A stretch of 32,000 nt of DNA from a bacterium. Its GTDB lineage: Bacteria; UBP7; UBA6624; JBBIMK01. Under the pieces are notes generated by a model. It saw only the letters and a list, made by a program, of their open reading frames with translations, was not told the origin of the DNA and searched no databases. Every line of letters starts with the position of its first letter. Position 1 is the stretch's first letter. Shown here in pieces: positions 9,743 through 18,275 of the stretch. Where the stretch lies: assembly GCA_037444445.1 (NCBI GenBank), contig JBBIMK010000008.1, positions 30,001-62,000 on the forward strand. Reading direction: 5' to 3'. The translations under genes were made by a program, and so were the position numbers.

Positions 9743-10138
9743 ATGGAAAAACCCGCCGGTGTATGGGTGGTGAGCATTTTATTTTTCATCGGTGGAGCCC
9801 TCGGGGTTCTGGGTGGTTTGATGATGCTCCTTGGCGGTGGAGCCATCGGTGTAATGGGTGGAATGGCAGGAAGAGGAATCTTTAGCGGCGCCATCCTGGG
9901 TTTTGTTGGCTTCGTCACCCTCATCCTTGCCGTTTTTGAACTCATCGTGGGATGGGGAGTTCTGACCTTACAACTCTGGGCTCGCATCGTGGGCATTATC
10001 CTTGCCATTATCAGCCTTCTGAGTATTCCCATTGGCACGATTATCGGGCTGGTGATTTTATACTTTCTCGTGCTGGATAAAGCCACGGTGGCTGCCTTTC
10101 AGCCTGCTCCACCCCCATCATCACCCCCGCCAGGTTAA
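9743..10138 (+). CDS. Small polytopic membrane protein (about 4 TM, Gly-rich helices, Pro-rich tail), function unknown
   Basis: 131-aa ORF with GGAGGTG 7 nt upstream of the ATG. Hydrophobic segments are VWVVSILFFIGGALGVLGGLMMLL, ILGFVGFVTLILAVFELIVGWGV and IVGIILAIISLLSIPIGTIIGLVILYFLV. The C terminus is PAPPPSSPPPG. Confidence 0.7.
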   Translation: MEKPAGVWVVSILFFIGGALGVLGGLMMLLGGGAIGVMGGMAGRGIFSGAILGFVGFVTLILAVFELIVGWGVLTLQLWARIVGIILAIISLLSIPIGTIIGLVILYFLVLDKATVAAFQPAPPPSSPPPG

Positions 10139-10202
10139 ATCGCGCTCAGATATAAAATCTTCGGGACGTCTTTTGAACATTCCCTGACGCTGGTCCTCAT
10201 TC

Positions 10203-10232
10203 CTGATTTCCTAACGGGTGAAAGGATATAAT
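10203..10232 (+). promoter_or_regulatory. Possible promoter immediately upstream of the ArsA-like gene
   Basis: TATAAT at 10227-10232 lies only 5 nt before ATG 10238, and there is a weak -35 (CTGATT, 18-nt spacer). If used, the mRNA would be leaderless or would start at the second ATG (10250). Confidence 0.25.
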
Positions 10233-10237
10233 TAAGA

Positions 10238-11302
10238 ATGGTAACCCCGATGAGTTCACTGCAGTCAATTTTCCAGAATCGGCGTGGATTGCGATTTCTA
10301 TTTACTGGAGGGAAGGGCGGGGTGGGAAAAACTGTCATCGCATCCGCTATGGCGTATCATTTTTCCGAGCAGGGGAAGAAAATACTTCTGGCTTCCTTGA
10401 ATCCTGTTCACTCCCTGTCATCCGTGTTCCAGCAAGAGCTTTCCGGCGGCTCTGTGAAGCCTGTGGCAGGCGTCCCGAATCTTTACGCCATAGAAGTGGA
10501 GATTCAGGAAGTGGTTCAACGCTATCGGGAGAACATCGGGAAGCGGGTCCGGGATTTTTTGAAGTGGTCTGACATCCCCCTGGATGCTAAACCCTTTGTG
10601 GACATCGCCGCCACCAACCCTGCTTTTGAGGAATCCGCTATGTTTGACAAAATGATTGACCTCATGCTGACCTGGAGCAGGGAAGTCAACTCCACCGGAA
10701 GAAATGAAAGCAGGGATAGCGGGCAAACCGCCCCCGCATTTGACCTGATTATCTTTGATACTGCTGCAGTTGCCAATGCTATCCGCCTCATCGGATTATC
10801 CAAAATCTACGGCCTCTGGCTTCAAAGAATGATTGAATCCCGCAAGGAAGCCCTTTCTCTCCGGGTTCAACTCTCTTTCCGGAAGGAGAAAATTATGGAG
10901 GAAGTGCGAAAGGACCCCCTGCTTGCCGACCTTCTGGATATGAATGAGCGGTATATTCGCGCTCGCGCGCTCCTCACCGACCCTCAAATCACCGCTTTCT
11001 TTTTTGTCACTCTCCCCCTTGCACTTCCCATTGCTGTGGTCACCCGCTTCATCCAGATGGTTCAACAGTATGACATTCCTGTAGGAGGCGTGATTGTCAA
11101 CGGGATGATGGATGAATCCATCCTTATGCAGAACCCGGGGGATGAATACCTGCAAAACCGGTGGGAAGAGCAGAAAAGATACCTGGGCATTATCCAGCGA
11201 GATTTAGGGCATCTGGTTTGTGCCCATACCTCTTTATTGCCCGGCGAAGTCGTGGGGCTTGAAGCCCTTGCCACCATCGCTTCTTCCCTCTTCTCTCCGT
11301 GA
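10238..11302 (+). CDS. ArsA/Get3-family ATPase, single nucleotide-binding domain, divergent switch region
   Basis: Deviant Walker A FTGGKGGVGKT. The ArsA/Get3 signature SLNPVHSLSSVF corresponds to canonical S-T-D-P-A-H-S-L-S-D-A-F. Walker B/switch II reads IIFDTAAVANAIRLIGL, where the canonical form is DTAPTGHTLRLL. Confidence 0.8.
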   Translation: MVTPMSSLQSIFQNRRGLRFLFTGGKGGVGKTVIASAMAYHFSEQGKKILLASLNPVHSLSSVFQQELSGGSVKPVAGVPNLYAIEVEIQEVVQRYRENIGKRVRDFLKWSDIPLDAKPFVDIAATNPAFEESAMFDKMIDLMLTWSREVNSTGRNESRDSGQTAPAFDLIIFDTAAVANAIRLIGLSKIYGLWLQRMIESRKEALSLRVQLSFRKEKIMEEVRKDPLLADLLDMNERYIRARALLTDPQITAFFFVTLPLALPIAVVTRFIQMVQQYDIPVGGVIVNGMMDESILMQNPGDEYLQNRWEEQKRYLGIIQRDLGHLVCAHTSLLPGEVVGLEALATIASSLFSP

Positions 11303-11530
11303 GCCGGGACTGGGGGGGACACCCTGCCACCTGTGCCAAGCACCTTGATGGCTTCAACGATTTATGCACGGCAGAAATTGAAAAGCCTAATTACAAGCGG
11401 CCAGATTATCTATTTCCCTAAAAATCCTTTATGTAAAAAACCGGAATATGTATGCTTTACCCTGGAAAAGTTACTTACCAAGATTTTTGTTACCGGGTAA
11501 GAGAAAGGCGGGTTTTTATTTATGCGTATA

Positions 11531-11558
11531 TTGACAAGGACGGAGCAGGTGGTATAAT
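11531..11558 (+). promoter_or_regulatory. Near-consensus sigma70 promoter with extended -10, heading the metal-efflux island
   Basis: TTGACA (11531-11536), a 16-nt spacer ending in TGG, then TATAAT (11553-11558), which forms a TGnTATAAT extended -10. ATG 11567 is 8 nt after the -10, so the transcript would be leaderless or nearly so. Confidence 0.6.
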
Positions 11559-11566
11559 AAGATAGG

Positions 11567-11944
11567 ATGAGCGCACAAAGAAAGGTTGCACTATTTTTCA
11601 TCCTTAGCGTTGGGATGTCGTGGATAGGGGTAATGAATTGTTCCTCTACCAGGCTCGAATCTCACCATTCGGGAATGCCCATACCTGCCTCTTCAGTGCC
11701 CTGCCCGAAGTGCAGCCCAACCCAATTGCCTGTTCTTCACATTCTTACCTGCGTTCATCCCAATGCTTCCGTTTTCTTCCCCACTTTTGAGTCAACGAGA
11801 GCTTTCCAGCCTGCACTGCTCTCTACGCTGAGTGATTTCGTCCATTCCCCGGCAGTATGGCATTCACCGAGTCCAGCAGGTTTTCATCTAAAACCGCCGA
11901 ATCAAGTTCCACTTTATCTGTTAAACCTCTCTATTTTATCCTGA
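11567..11944 (+). CDS. Hypothetical small exported Cys/His/Pro-rich protein (125 aa)
   Basis: ORF with a signal-peptide-like N terminus (MSAQRKVALFFILSVGMSWIGVMNC), a CPKC motif and several His. It occupies the position of small periplasmic accessory ORFs seen upstream of some czc/cus operons. No family was recognised, and its coding status is uncertain. Confidence 0.3.
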   Translation: MSAQRKVALFFILSVGMSWIGVMNCSSTRLESHHSGMPIPASSVPCPKCSPTQLPVLHILTCVHPNASVFFPTFESTRAFQPALLSTLSDFVHSPAVWHSPSPAGFHLKPPNQVPLYLLNLSILS

Positions 11945-11951
11945 TTCACTA

Positions 11952-12017
11952 CCCTGATTTCCCCGCATAATTAATCAGGGGACCCTTACAGCCTTCTCCT
12001 AAAAATACCCTGTAAGG
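11952..12017 (+). other. Two adjacent 8-bp stem-loops in the leader of cusC
   Basis: Hairpin 1 pairs CCCTGATT (11952-11959) with AATCAGGG (11973-11980). Hairpin 2 pairs CCTTACAG (11984-11991) with CTGTAAGG (12010-12017). The 3' arm of hairpin 2 overlaps a strong SD, AAGGAGG (12014-12020). Confidence 0.3.
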
Positions 12018-12101
12018 AGGTGGTGAATTCTGGAACGAAGGCTCTCACACTTTCTACTTTATTCTTATAGAAAATATACAGCAAGGCTATCGGACTGGCT
12101 G

Positions 12102-13430
12102 ATGGAAAATGCGGGCAATGGATACAGGTTTGCCCGATATAAAAAAGACTGGATACCCATCCTTCTTCTTCTCTTCTGGAGTGGAATCGGATGGGCGGAG
12201 AATCCTGCCATTACACCCATAGAAGCGTTTGTCCGGGAGGCGCCGGAGAAGAACCCGGAAATTCAGGCACTCACTTATCAGTGGGAAGCGATGAAGGCAC
12301 GGATTTCTCCCGCGAAAACCCTGCCTGACCCTACCATTGGCATCCGTCTGATGAATATGGGAAACCGCTTGAGCCTCGGGAAGGATATGAACTCTATGGT
12401 GGGAATCTCTTTCTCACAGATGGTGCCGTATGCGGGCAAACTCCCCCTGATGGGCAAGATTATGGAAGAAGAAGCCAACCAAATGTTTTATATGCTCCAG
12501 GAGAAAAGGTGGATGCTCACCGCGGAAGTTAAAAAAACCTACTACTCTATCTACCACACCGACCGGATGCTGGAAATTCTTCAGGAGAATAAAACCATCC
12601 TGGAGAATATGGAGAAGTCAATGGAAGCGATGTATCAAGTTGGGGAAGCGCTCCAGCAGGATGTCCTGAAGGCCCAGGTGTCGATTTCTAAGCTTCTGGA
12701 GCAGATGCTGGACCTCCGGAGGCAGAGAAAGGAGTTAGAGGCACGGATGAACCGTCTTCTGGGAAGAAGCGTCACGGCGCCCATCGGAAATCTCCAGGTG
12801 TCTGAGGAGATTTCCCTGCCTTACACGCTGGAGGACTTCAGAGAACTGGCGCTGAAATATTCGCCCACCCTGAGAGTGGAGGAAAAGGGAATCTCCAGGG
12901 CGGAGTATCAAGTGAAACTTGCGGAAAGGGAGTTCAAGCCGGACGCCATGTTCACATACTCTCGTTTCGCTCGTGGAAACTTTGGTCCCGCCTGGGAAGC
13001 CATGATGGAAATCACCGTGCCGTTATACAAGGAGAAAAAGCAGGCTTTTCAACTGATAGAAGCCCGGCAAAAGAAAGAGCAGGCAGAGCAGGCGCTTCAA
13101 GGGAAGAAAAACGAAATTCTCCAGGGGCTGGATGAAATGTTCGCCGCTCTTCAAACCAATGAGGAAATCTATCATCTCCTCGTGGATGGAATCATCCCAC
13201 AGGCGGAACTCACTTTTCGGGCATCTATGTCCGCTTATCAAGTGGGAAAGGTGGATTTCCTCACCACCCTGGATAGTCTGATGACTCTTTACGATATGAA
13301 GATGCGCCTTCACATGACCCTGGAGATGTTTCATAAAGACCTGTCGGATGTGGAGGCAATGATTGGAAAATCCTTAGAGATTCATTCTGGAGGTGAAACT
13401 CATGGAATCAAAACGACTCAAGAAAACTAA
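12102..13430 (+). CDS. cusC: TolC-family outer membrane efflux factor (CusC/CzcC-like)
   Basis: 442 aa with signal peptide KKDWIPILLLLFWSGIGWA and the heavy-metal OMF N-terminal pattern (EKNPEIQALTYQWEAMKARISPAKTLPDPTIG). It shows the two-repeat coiled-coil OMF architecture and lies directly upstream of the MFP and RND genes. The frame stays open upstream to 12027, so an alternative ATT/CTG start behind a strong SD is possible (see findings). Confidence 0.85.
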   Translation: MENAGNGYRFARYKKDWIPILLLLFWSGIGWAENPAITPIEAFVREAPEKNPEIQALTYQWEAMKARISPAKTLPDPTIGIRLMNMGNRLSLGKDMNSMVGISFSQMVPYAGKLPLMGKIMEEEANQMFYMLQEKRWMLTAEVKKTYYSIYHTDRMLEILQENKTILENMEKSMEAMYQVGEALQQDVLKAQVSISKLLEQMLDLRRQRKELEARMNRLLGRSVTAPIGNLQVSEEISLPYTLEDFRELALKYSPTLRVEEKGISRAEYQVKLAEREFKPDAMFTYSRFARGNFGPAWEAMMEITVPLYKEKKQAFQLIEARQKKEQAEQALQGKKNEILQGLDEMFAALQTNEEIYHLLVDGIIPQAELTFRASMSAYQVGKVDFLTTLDSLMTLYDMKMRLHMTLEMFHKDLSDVEAMIGKSLEIHSGGETHGIKTTQEN

Positions 13431-14826
13431 CTGGTTTATCGGGGCGGGGTTGATACTCACCCTTGTGGGGGGATACACTGCCCATCAGCAAGGCTGGCTG
13501 ACCCTGCCTTTCTTTTCCCCAGCTATTACCGCACAACCTATGGAAGGGATGAGCGGAATGGAGATGGGGAAATCAAAAGAGGAGCATGCGGGAATGGCCG
13601 GGATGGAAGGTATGGAGGAAATGGAGGAAGAGGTAGCGCCCAAACGCATTATGATTGACCCGGAAATGCAGCAGATTATCGGCGTCAGAATCCAGAAGGC
13701 CGGATATATGCCCCTCGTGAAAGAAATTCGGACGGTGGGACGAGTGGAATATGACGAAACCCGACTGAAAGCGGTTACAGTTCGGGTGATGGGCTACATT
13801 ACCAAACTTCTTGTGGATTACACAGGGAAAGAGGTAGAAGAAGGCGAACCACTTTTTACCTTTTATTCTCCTGAGCTTGTTTCTGCGCAGCAGGAATATC
13901 TTCTGGCGTTAAAAGGGGCGAACACTCTTTCCGGTTCCTCCTATTCGGAAATCAGCCAGGGGAGCAAAACCCTGCTGGAATCTGCAAGAAAGCGTCTTCT
14001 CCTCTGGAACTTCACTGAGGAACAAATTCAATCTCTGGAAAATCGTGGAGAGCCAGAGATTGAGTCCTATGTCTATTCCCCGGTTTCTGGGACCGTGGTA
14101 GAAAAGATGGCTCTACAAGGCAAGCAGGTGATGCCCGGGGAAGATTTATACAAAATTGCAGACCTCTCTCAAGTCTGGGTTATTGCCGACCTGTATGAGG
14201 AGGATGCTCCCCTATTGCGAGTTGGCCAGCATGCTTCCATTCAACTCACCTATTACCCTGGCAAAGCCTTCCACGGCTCTGTGGATTACATCTATCCCTA
14301 TTTAGACGAGAAAACGAGAACGATCCGGGTCCGCTTCGCCTTTCGAAACCAGCGAGAAAATGCCCGTGGCGTGAGGGAGGAAACCCGGCACCTGGAACAC
14401 GAAGGAATGGAAGGGATGGAAATGCCTGGAATGCCCGGCATGAATCACACACAGCACCAGGCTCCAAATTCAACCTCTGAAAATTCTTCCGGATGGCTTC
14501 TGAAACCCGGCATGTTCACCAATGTGACAGTGAATGTGAATCTCGGGCAGTATCTTGCGATTCCGGAGGACTCTGTCATAGACACGGGCTTACGTCAGGT
14601 CGTTTTCGTGGACCTGGGGAATGGACATTTCGAGCCCCGGAATGTGGTTCTCGGGCATCGGGTGAACGGCTACTACGCCGTTCTCTCAGGCTTGAAGCCA
14701 GGAGAGCCTATTGTGACCAGCGCCAACTTCCTGCTGGATGCAGAGAGCAAAATCCGCACTGCGATGCCTGCGATGCCGGGAATGGATATGAAAGGGATGA
14801 AGATGCCCGGACATGCAGGACATTAG
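13402..14826 (+). CDS. cusB: Efflux RND periplasmic adaptor (CusB-like), with three Met-rich segments
   Basis: The ORF track starts at GTG 13393. ATG 13402 is preferred because GGAGGTG lies 6 nt upstream. The HlyD/MFP core is present (VRVMGYITKLLVDYTGKEVEEGEPLFTFYSPELVSAQQEYL). Met-rich tracts are MEGMSGMEMGKSKEEHAGMAGMEGMEEMEEE (N terminus), HLEHEGMEGMEMPGMPGMNHTQHQ (internal) and MPAMPGMDMKGMKMPGHAGH (C terminus). Confidence 0.9.
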   Translation: MESKRLKKTNWFIGAGLILTLVGGYTAHQQGWLTLPFFSPAITAQPMEGMSGMEMGKSKEEHAGMAGMEGMEEMEEEVAPKRIMIDPEMQQIIGVRIQKAGYMPLVKEIRTVGRVEYDETRLKAVTVRVMGYITKLLVDYTGKEVEEGEPLFTFYSPELVSAQQEYLLALKGANTLSGSSYSEISQGSKTLLESARKRLLLWNFTEEQIQSLENRGEPEIESYVYSPVSGTVVEKMALQGKQVMPGEDLYKIADLSQVWVIADLYEEDAPLLRVGQHASIQLTYYPGKAFHGSVDYIYPYLDEKTRTIRVRFAFRNQRENARGVREETRHLEHEGMEGMEMPGMPGMNHTQHQAPNSTSENSSGWLLKPGMFTNVTVNVNLGQYLAIPEDSVIDTGLRQVVFVDLGNGHFEPRNVVLGHRVNGYYAVLSGLKPGEPIVTSANFLLDAESKIRTAMPAMPGMDMKGMKMPGHAGH

Positions 14827-14841
14827 AGGTGAAGGCTGGCT

Positions 14842-17800
14842 ATGATTGAACGACTAATAGACTGGTCTGCACGGAATAAATTCCTCGTTCTTCTCGCCAC
14901 CTTCTTTGCCATTCTCGGAGGTATCTGGGCGATTAAGAACACTCCGCTGGATGCCATCCCCGACCTCTCCGATGTTCAGGTCATCATCTACACCGAATGG
15001 ATGGGAAGAAATCCCAGAATCATAGAGGACCAGATTACCTATCCCATTTCCACCACTATGCTCTCTGCGCCGAAAGTGAAGGCGGTTCGGGGCATTTCTG
15101 CCTTCGGCTTCTCCTTCATCTATGTCATCTTTCAGGATGGAACGGACATCTACTGGGCGAGGACTCGTGTTCTGGAATATCTGGAAAAAATCAAAGGGCG
15201 TCTCCCGCCCGGCATCACGCCAATCCTCTCCCCGGATGCCACGGGAGTGGGCTGGGTTTATATTTATGCCCTCGCAGATAAAACCGGTCAGAACGACCTG
15301 GCACAACTTCGGACCATCCAGGACTGGTATCTGAAGTACTATCTGGAAAGCCTGCCTGATGTGGCAGAGGTGGGCACCTTTGGAGGTTTTGTTCGGGAAT
15401 ATCAGGTGGAAGTTGACCCGAATAAACTTCTTGCCTTCGGCATCCCGTTGAAGATGGTGATGGATGGCATCCGAATGAGCAATCTGGAGGTGGGAGGTGG
15501 AGCCATTGAACTCGCCCAGACGGAATATATGGTGCGAGGGATAGGATATGTGCAAAAAGTGGAGGACCTGAAAAATATCCCTCTGGGCACCAATATGATG
15601 GGCACGCCGATTTATCTCAAGGATGTGGCGAGAGTGACCCTGGGACCCGATATGAGGAGAGGAGCGGCGGACCTGAATGGAGAGGGCGATGTGGTGGGAG
15701 GCATCGTTGTGATGCGGTATGGAAAAAACGCCCTGCAGGTCATTAACCGGGTGAAGGTGGCGATAGAAGAGTTTCAGAAAACCCGACTCCCCCCCGGTGT
15801 TGAAATCATCCCCGTCTACGACCGTTCCAAACTCATTCTACAATCCATTGCTACCCTTCGCCGAACCCTGATTGAAGAGTCCATCATCGTGATTCTCGTG
15901 TGTCTCATCTTTCTCTTCAGCCTGAGAAGTTCCGGCGTGGTCATCGTCACTCTACCCATTGCCGTGATTCTTTCCTTCATCCCGATGATGTATCTACGGC
16001 TGACCTCCAACATTATGTCGCTGGGCGGGATTGCCATCGCCATCGGAGCCATGGTTGATGCGGCTATCGTGATGATTGAAAATGTCCACAAGCGGCTGGA
16101 GCATTTTGCACTGGAACATCCTGACTGGGCTCTGACATCAGAGGGTAGAGCCCAGCGAAGTCAAATCCTGATTCACGCCATGCAGGAAGTGGGAAAACCC
16201 CTCTTCTATTCCCTTCTGGTTATCACGGTCTCCTTCCTCCCGGTATTCACCTTAGAATATCAGGAGGGGAGGCTTTTCAAGCCATTAGCCTTCACGAAAA
16301 CCTTCTCCATGTTTTTTGCCTCCTTTCTTTCCATCACCCTGGTGCCTGCCATCATGGGACTATTTATTGAGAAGAAGGTCATCCCGGAGAAGAGAAATCC
16401 CATCAGCCGATTTCTTATCAGTCTGTATAATCCTGTTGCCCGTTTTGCACTGCGCTGGCGGTTCATCACCATCACCCTCGGTCTTATGGCAACTTTTCTC
16501 GCTTACCCTGCCTATAAAAAACTGGGGAGTGAATTTATGCCACCTCTCTATGAGGGTACCCTTCTATATATGCCAATGACCACACCGGGGATTTCTATCT
16601 ACGAATCCCGGCGGGTTCTGCAAATACAGGATAAACTCCTGAAGCAATTCCCTGAGGTTGACCAGGTGCTGGGGAAAGTGGGGAGAGCCACCACACCCAC
16701 GGACCCTGCTCCCCTGCCCATGGTAGAAACCGTAGTCTCTCTCAAACCTGAACACGAATGGAGGAAAGGGCTGACCTGGGAAAAACTCTTTGACGAGATG
16801 GATAAAGAAATTCAAATCCCCGGATTCGTGAATGTGATGACCATGCCCATCAAAAATCGGGTGGATATGATCACCACGGGGATACGAACACCCGTAGGAG
16901 TGAAGGTCTTCGGGCCGAAACTGGAGGAGGTTCAGGAGATAGCGGAAGAAATTGAACGCATCATTCCACAGGTGGAAGGCACGAGAAGCGCCATTGCCGA
17001 GCGCTCTTTAGGCGGGTTTTACTTGAACATCACCCCCAGGCGGGAAGCTCTGGCTCGCTACGAACTTTCCATTATGGATGTCCAGGATGTGATAGAAATG
17101 GCAATCGGTGGAACTGTCATCTCCACCACGATTGAGGGCCGAGAACGCTACCCCATCAATATCCGGTATCCGAGGGAACTTCGGCTCTCTCCAGCCCTCC
17201 TGAAAAGGGTATTGATTCAAACGCCTATGGGCTACTCCATCCCGATTTCGCAGGTGGCGGATATAGAACTCACTCAGGGTCCGGATATGATACGAAGTGA
17301 GCGGGGACAACTCACTGGCACAGTTTATGTTGATGTGGCTGGCCGGGACATTGGCTCCTATGTGGCGGAAGCCAAAAAACTGGTGGAAGAAAAAATCAAA
17401 CTCCCTCAGGGTTATTCCATCCTCTGGAGCGGGCAATACGAGTATATGCAGAGAGTTACAGAAAAGTTAAAATATATGATTCCCCTTACCCTTTTCATCA
17501 TCTTCCTGCTGATGTATCTCAACTTCGGCTCCGTGGGGAAGACTCTCGTAGTGATGCTTTCCATTCCCTTCGCTCTCACCGGGAGTATGCTGGGAATATA
17601 TTTGATGAATTATAATCTCAGCGTGGCGGTGTGGGTGGGAATCATTGCTCTCGCCGGCGTTGCCGCTGAAACCGGCGTGGTGATGCTGGTGTATATTGAT
17701 GAAGCCTATGAACGATACAAAAAACAGGGGATGATGCGCACCCGCCAGGACCTCTCTGATGCCATCATTGAGGGAGCAGTGCAAAGGGTTCGCCCCAAGA

Positions 17801-18009
17801 TGATGACCGTAATGGCTGTCATGATGGGGCTGATTCCCATCCTGTGGAGCCACGGAGCAGGTGCGGATGTGATGCGGAGAATCGCCATGCCGATGATTGG
17901 CGGTATGGTCACTTCTACCATTCTCACTCTCTTCATCATTCCTTCCATCTTTCACATCTGGAAATCTTTTGAACTCCCTAAACAGAAGCAAACTGGAGGT
18001 GAATCCTGA
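14842..18009 (+). CDS. cusA: Heavy-metal efflux RND transporter, CusA type (Cu(I)/Ag(I))
   Basis: 1055 aa with HME-RND architecture. Positions equivalent to the E. coli CusA methionine triad are conserved: LLYMPM, PLPMVET and NRVDMITTG. The stop overlaps the next start (TGATG at 18007-18011). Confidence 0.93.
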   Translation: MIERLIDWSARNKFLVLLATFFAILGGIWAIKNTPLDAIPDLSDVQVIIYTEWMGRNPRIIEDQITYPISTTMLSAPKVKAVRGISAFGFSFIYVIFQDGTDIYWARTRVLEYLEKIKGRLPPGITPILSPDATGVGWVYIYALADKTGQNDLAQLRTIQDWYLKYYLESLPDVAEVGTFGGFVREYQVEVDPNKLLAFGIPLKMVMDGIRMSNLEVGGGAIELAQTEYMVRGIGYVQKVEDLKNIPLGTNMMGTPIYLKDVARVTLGPDMRRGAADLNGEGDVVGGIVVMRYGKNALQVINRVKVAIEEFQKTRLPPGVEIIPVYDRSKLILQSIATLRRTLIEESIIVILVCLIFLFSLRSSGVVIVTLPIAVILSFIPMMYLRLTSNIMSLGGIAIAIGAMVDAAIVMIENVHKRLEHFALEHPDWALTSEGRAQRSQILIHAMQEVGKPLFYSLLVITVSFLPVFTLEYQEGRLFKPLAFTKTFSMFFASFLSITLVPAIMGLFIEKKVIPEKRNPISRFLISLYNPVARFALRWRFITITLGLMATFLAYPAYKKLGSEFMPPLYEGTLLYMPMTTPGISIYESRRVLQIQDKLLKQFPEVDQVLGKVGRATTPTDPAPLPMVETVVSLKPEHEWRKGLTWEKLFDEMDKEIQIPGFVNVMTMPIKNRVDMITTGIRTPVGVKVFGPKLEEVQEIAEEIERIIPQVEGTRSAIAERSLGGFYLNITPRREALARYELSIMDVQDVIEMAIGGTVISTTIEGRERYPINIRYPRELRLSPALLKRVLIQTPMGYSIPISQVADIELTQGPDMIRSERGQLTGTVYVDVAGRDIGSYVAEAKKLVEEKIKLPQGYSILWSGQYEYMQRVTEKLKYMIPLTLFIIFLLMYLNFGSVGKTLVVMLSIPFALTGSMLGIYLMNYNLSVAVWVGIIALAGVAAETGVVMLVYIDEAYERYKKQGMMRTRQDLSDAIIEGAVQRVRPKMMTVMAVMMGLIPILWSHGAGADVMRRIAMPMIGGMVTSTILTLFIIPSIFHIWKSFELPKQKQTGGES

Positions 18010-18014
18010 TGAAA
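17953..18014 (+). repeat. Direct repeat copy A (3' end of cusA through the first codons of the next gene)
   Basis: Sequence is CACATCTGGAAAT[22 nt]GCAAACTGGAGGTGAATCCTGATGAAA. It matches copy B at 24205-24241, apart from a 22-nt and a 3-nt indel and two mismatches. Confidence 0.75.
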
Positions 18015-18242
18015 TTTTTTGACCCTGTTTGCAACGTTTTCCTGGACACGCTGGACGAAGAGTTGCAGGCCCCTCACGGCAACCACATTCACTACTTCTG
18101 CTCTCCCACCTGCCGGAAAATCTATGAGGAAGCACTGGAATACGAGGAGACCATCCGAAATCCACTGGAGTTCCATGCCGGTGGCAGGGAAAAGGAGCCA
18201 TACCTTTTCATCAAGAGGGTAGATACAGGGTATGAGGCGTAG
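18009..18242 (+). CDS. YHS-domain mini-protein (77 aa)
   Basis: MKFFDPVCNVFL...HIHYFCSPTCRKIYEE matches the YHS/TRASH pattern DPVC-x(n)-Y(Y/F)FCS-x2-C. The start is translationally coupled to the cusA stop. Confidence 0.8.
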   Translation: MKFFDPVCNVFLDTLDEELQAPHGNHIHYFCSPTCRKIYEEALEYEETIRNPLEFHAGGREKEPYLFIKRVDTGYEA

Positions 18243-18275
18243 AAGAAAAAACTGAACACCTGGAGGTGAGAAAAT

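Noticed and set aside
9029-9885. Track ORFs 9029-9286(+), 9234-9467(-) and 9559-9885(+).
   Set aside because: They run through or across the five tRNA genes, and their open frames are explained by the structured GC-rich tRNA sequence.
9658-10086. 142-aa minus-strand ORF rich in Pro, Met and Arg.
   Set aside because: It is antisense to the Gly-rich membrane protein gene, which has a well-placed GGAGGTG SD and coherent TM helices.
11410-11601. 63-aa minus-strand ORF in the AT-rich intergenic region.
   Set aside because: It overlaps the consensus plus-strand promoter, has no SD, and shows low-complexity AT-driven composition.
14854-15555. 233-aa minus-strand ORF.
   Set aside because: It lies entirely antisense to the conserved N-terminal region of cusA, so it is a shadow ORF.
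17467-18201. 244-aa minus-strand ORF spanning the cusA 3' end and the first YHS gene.
   Set aside because: It is antisense to a confidently identified RND transporter. It has low-complexity His/Gly/Ser/Arg composition and no SD or recognisable domain.
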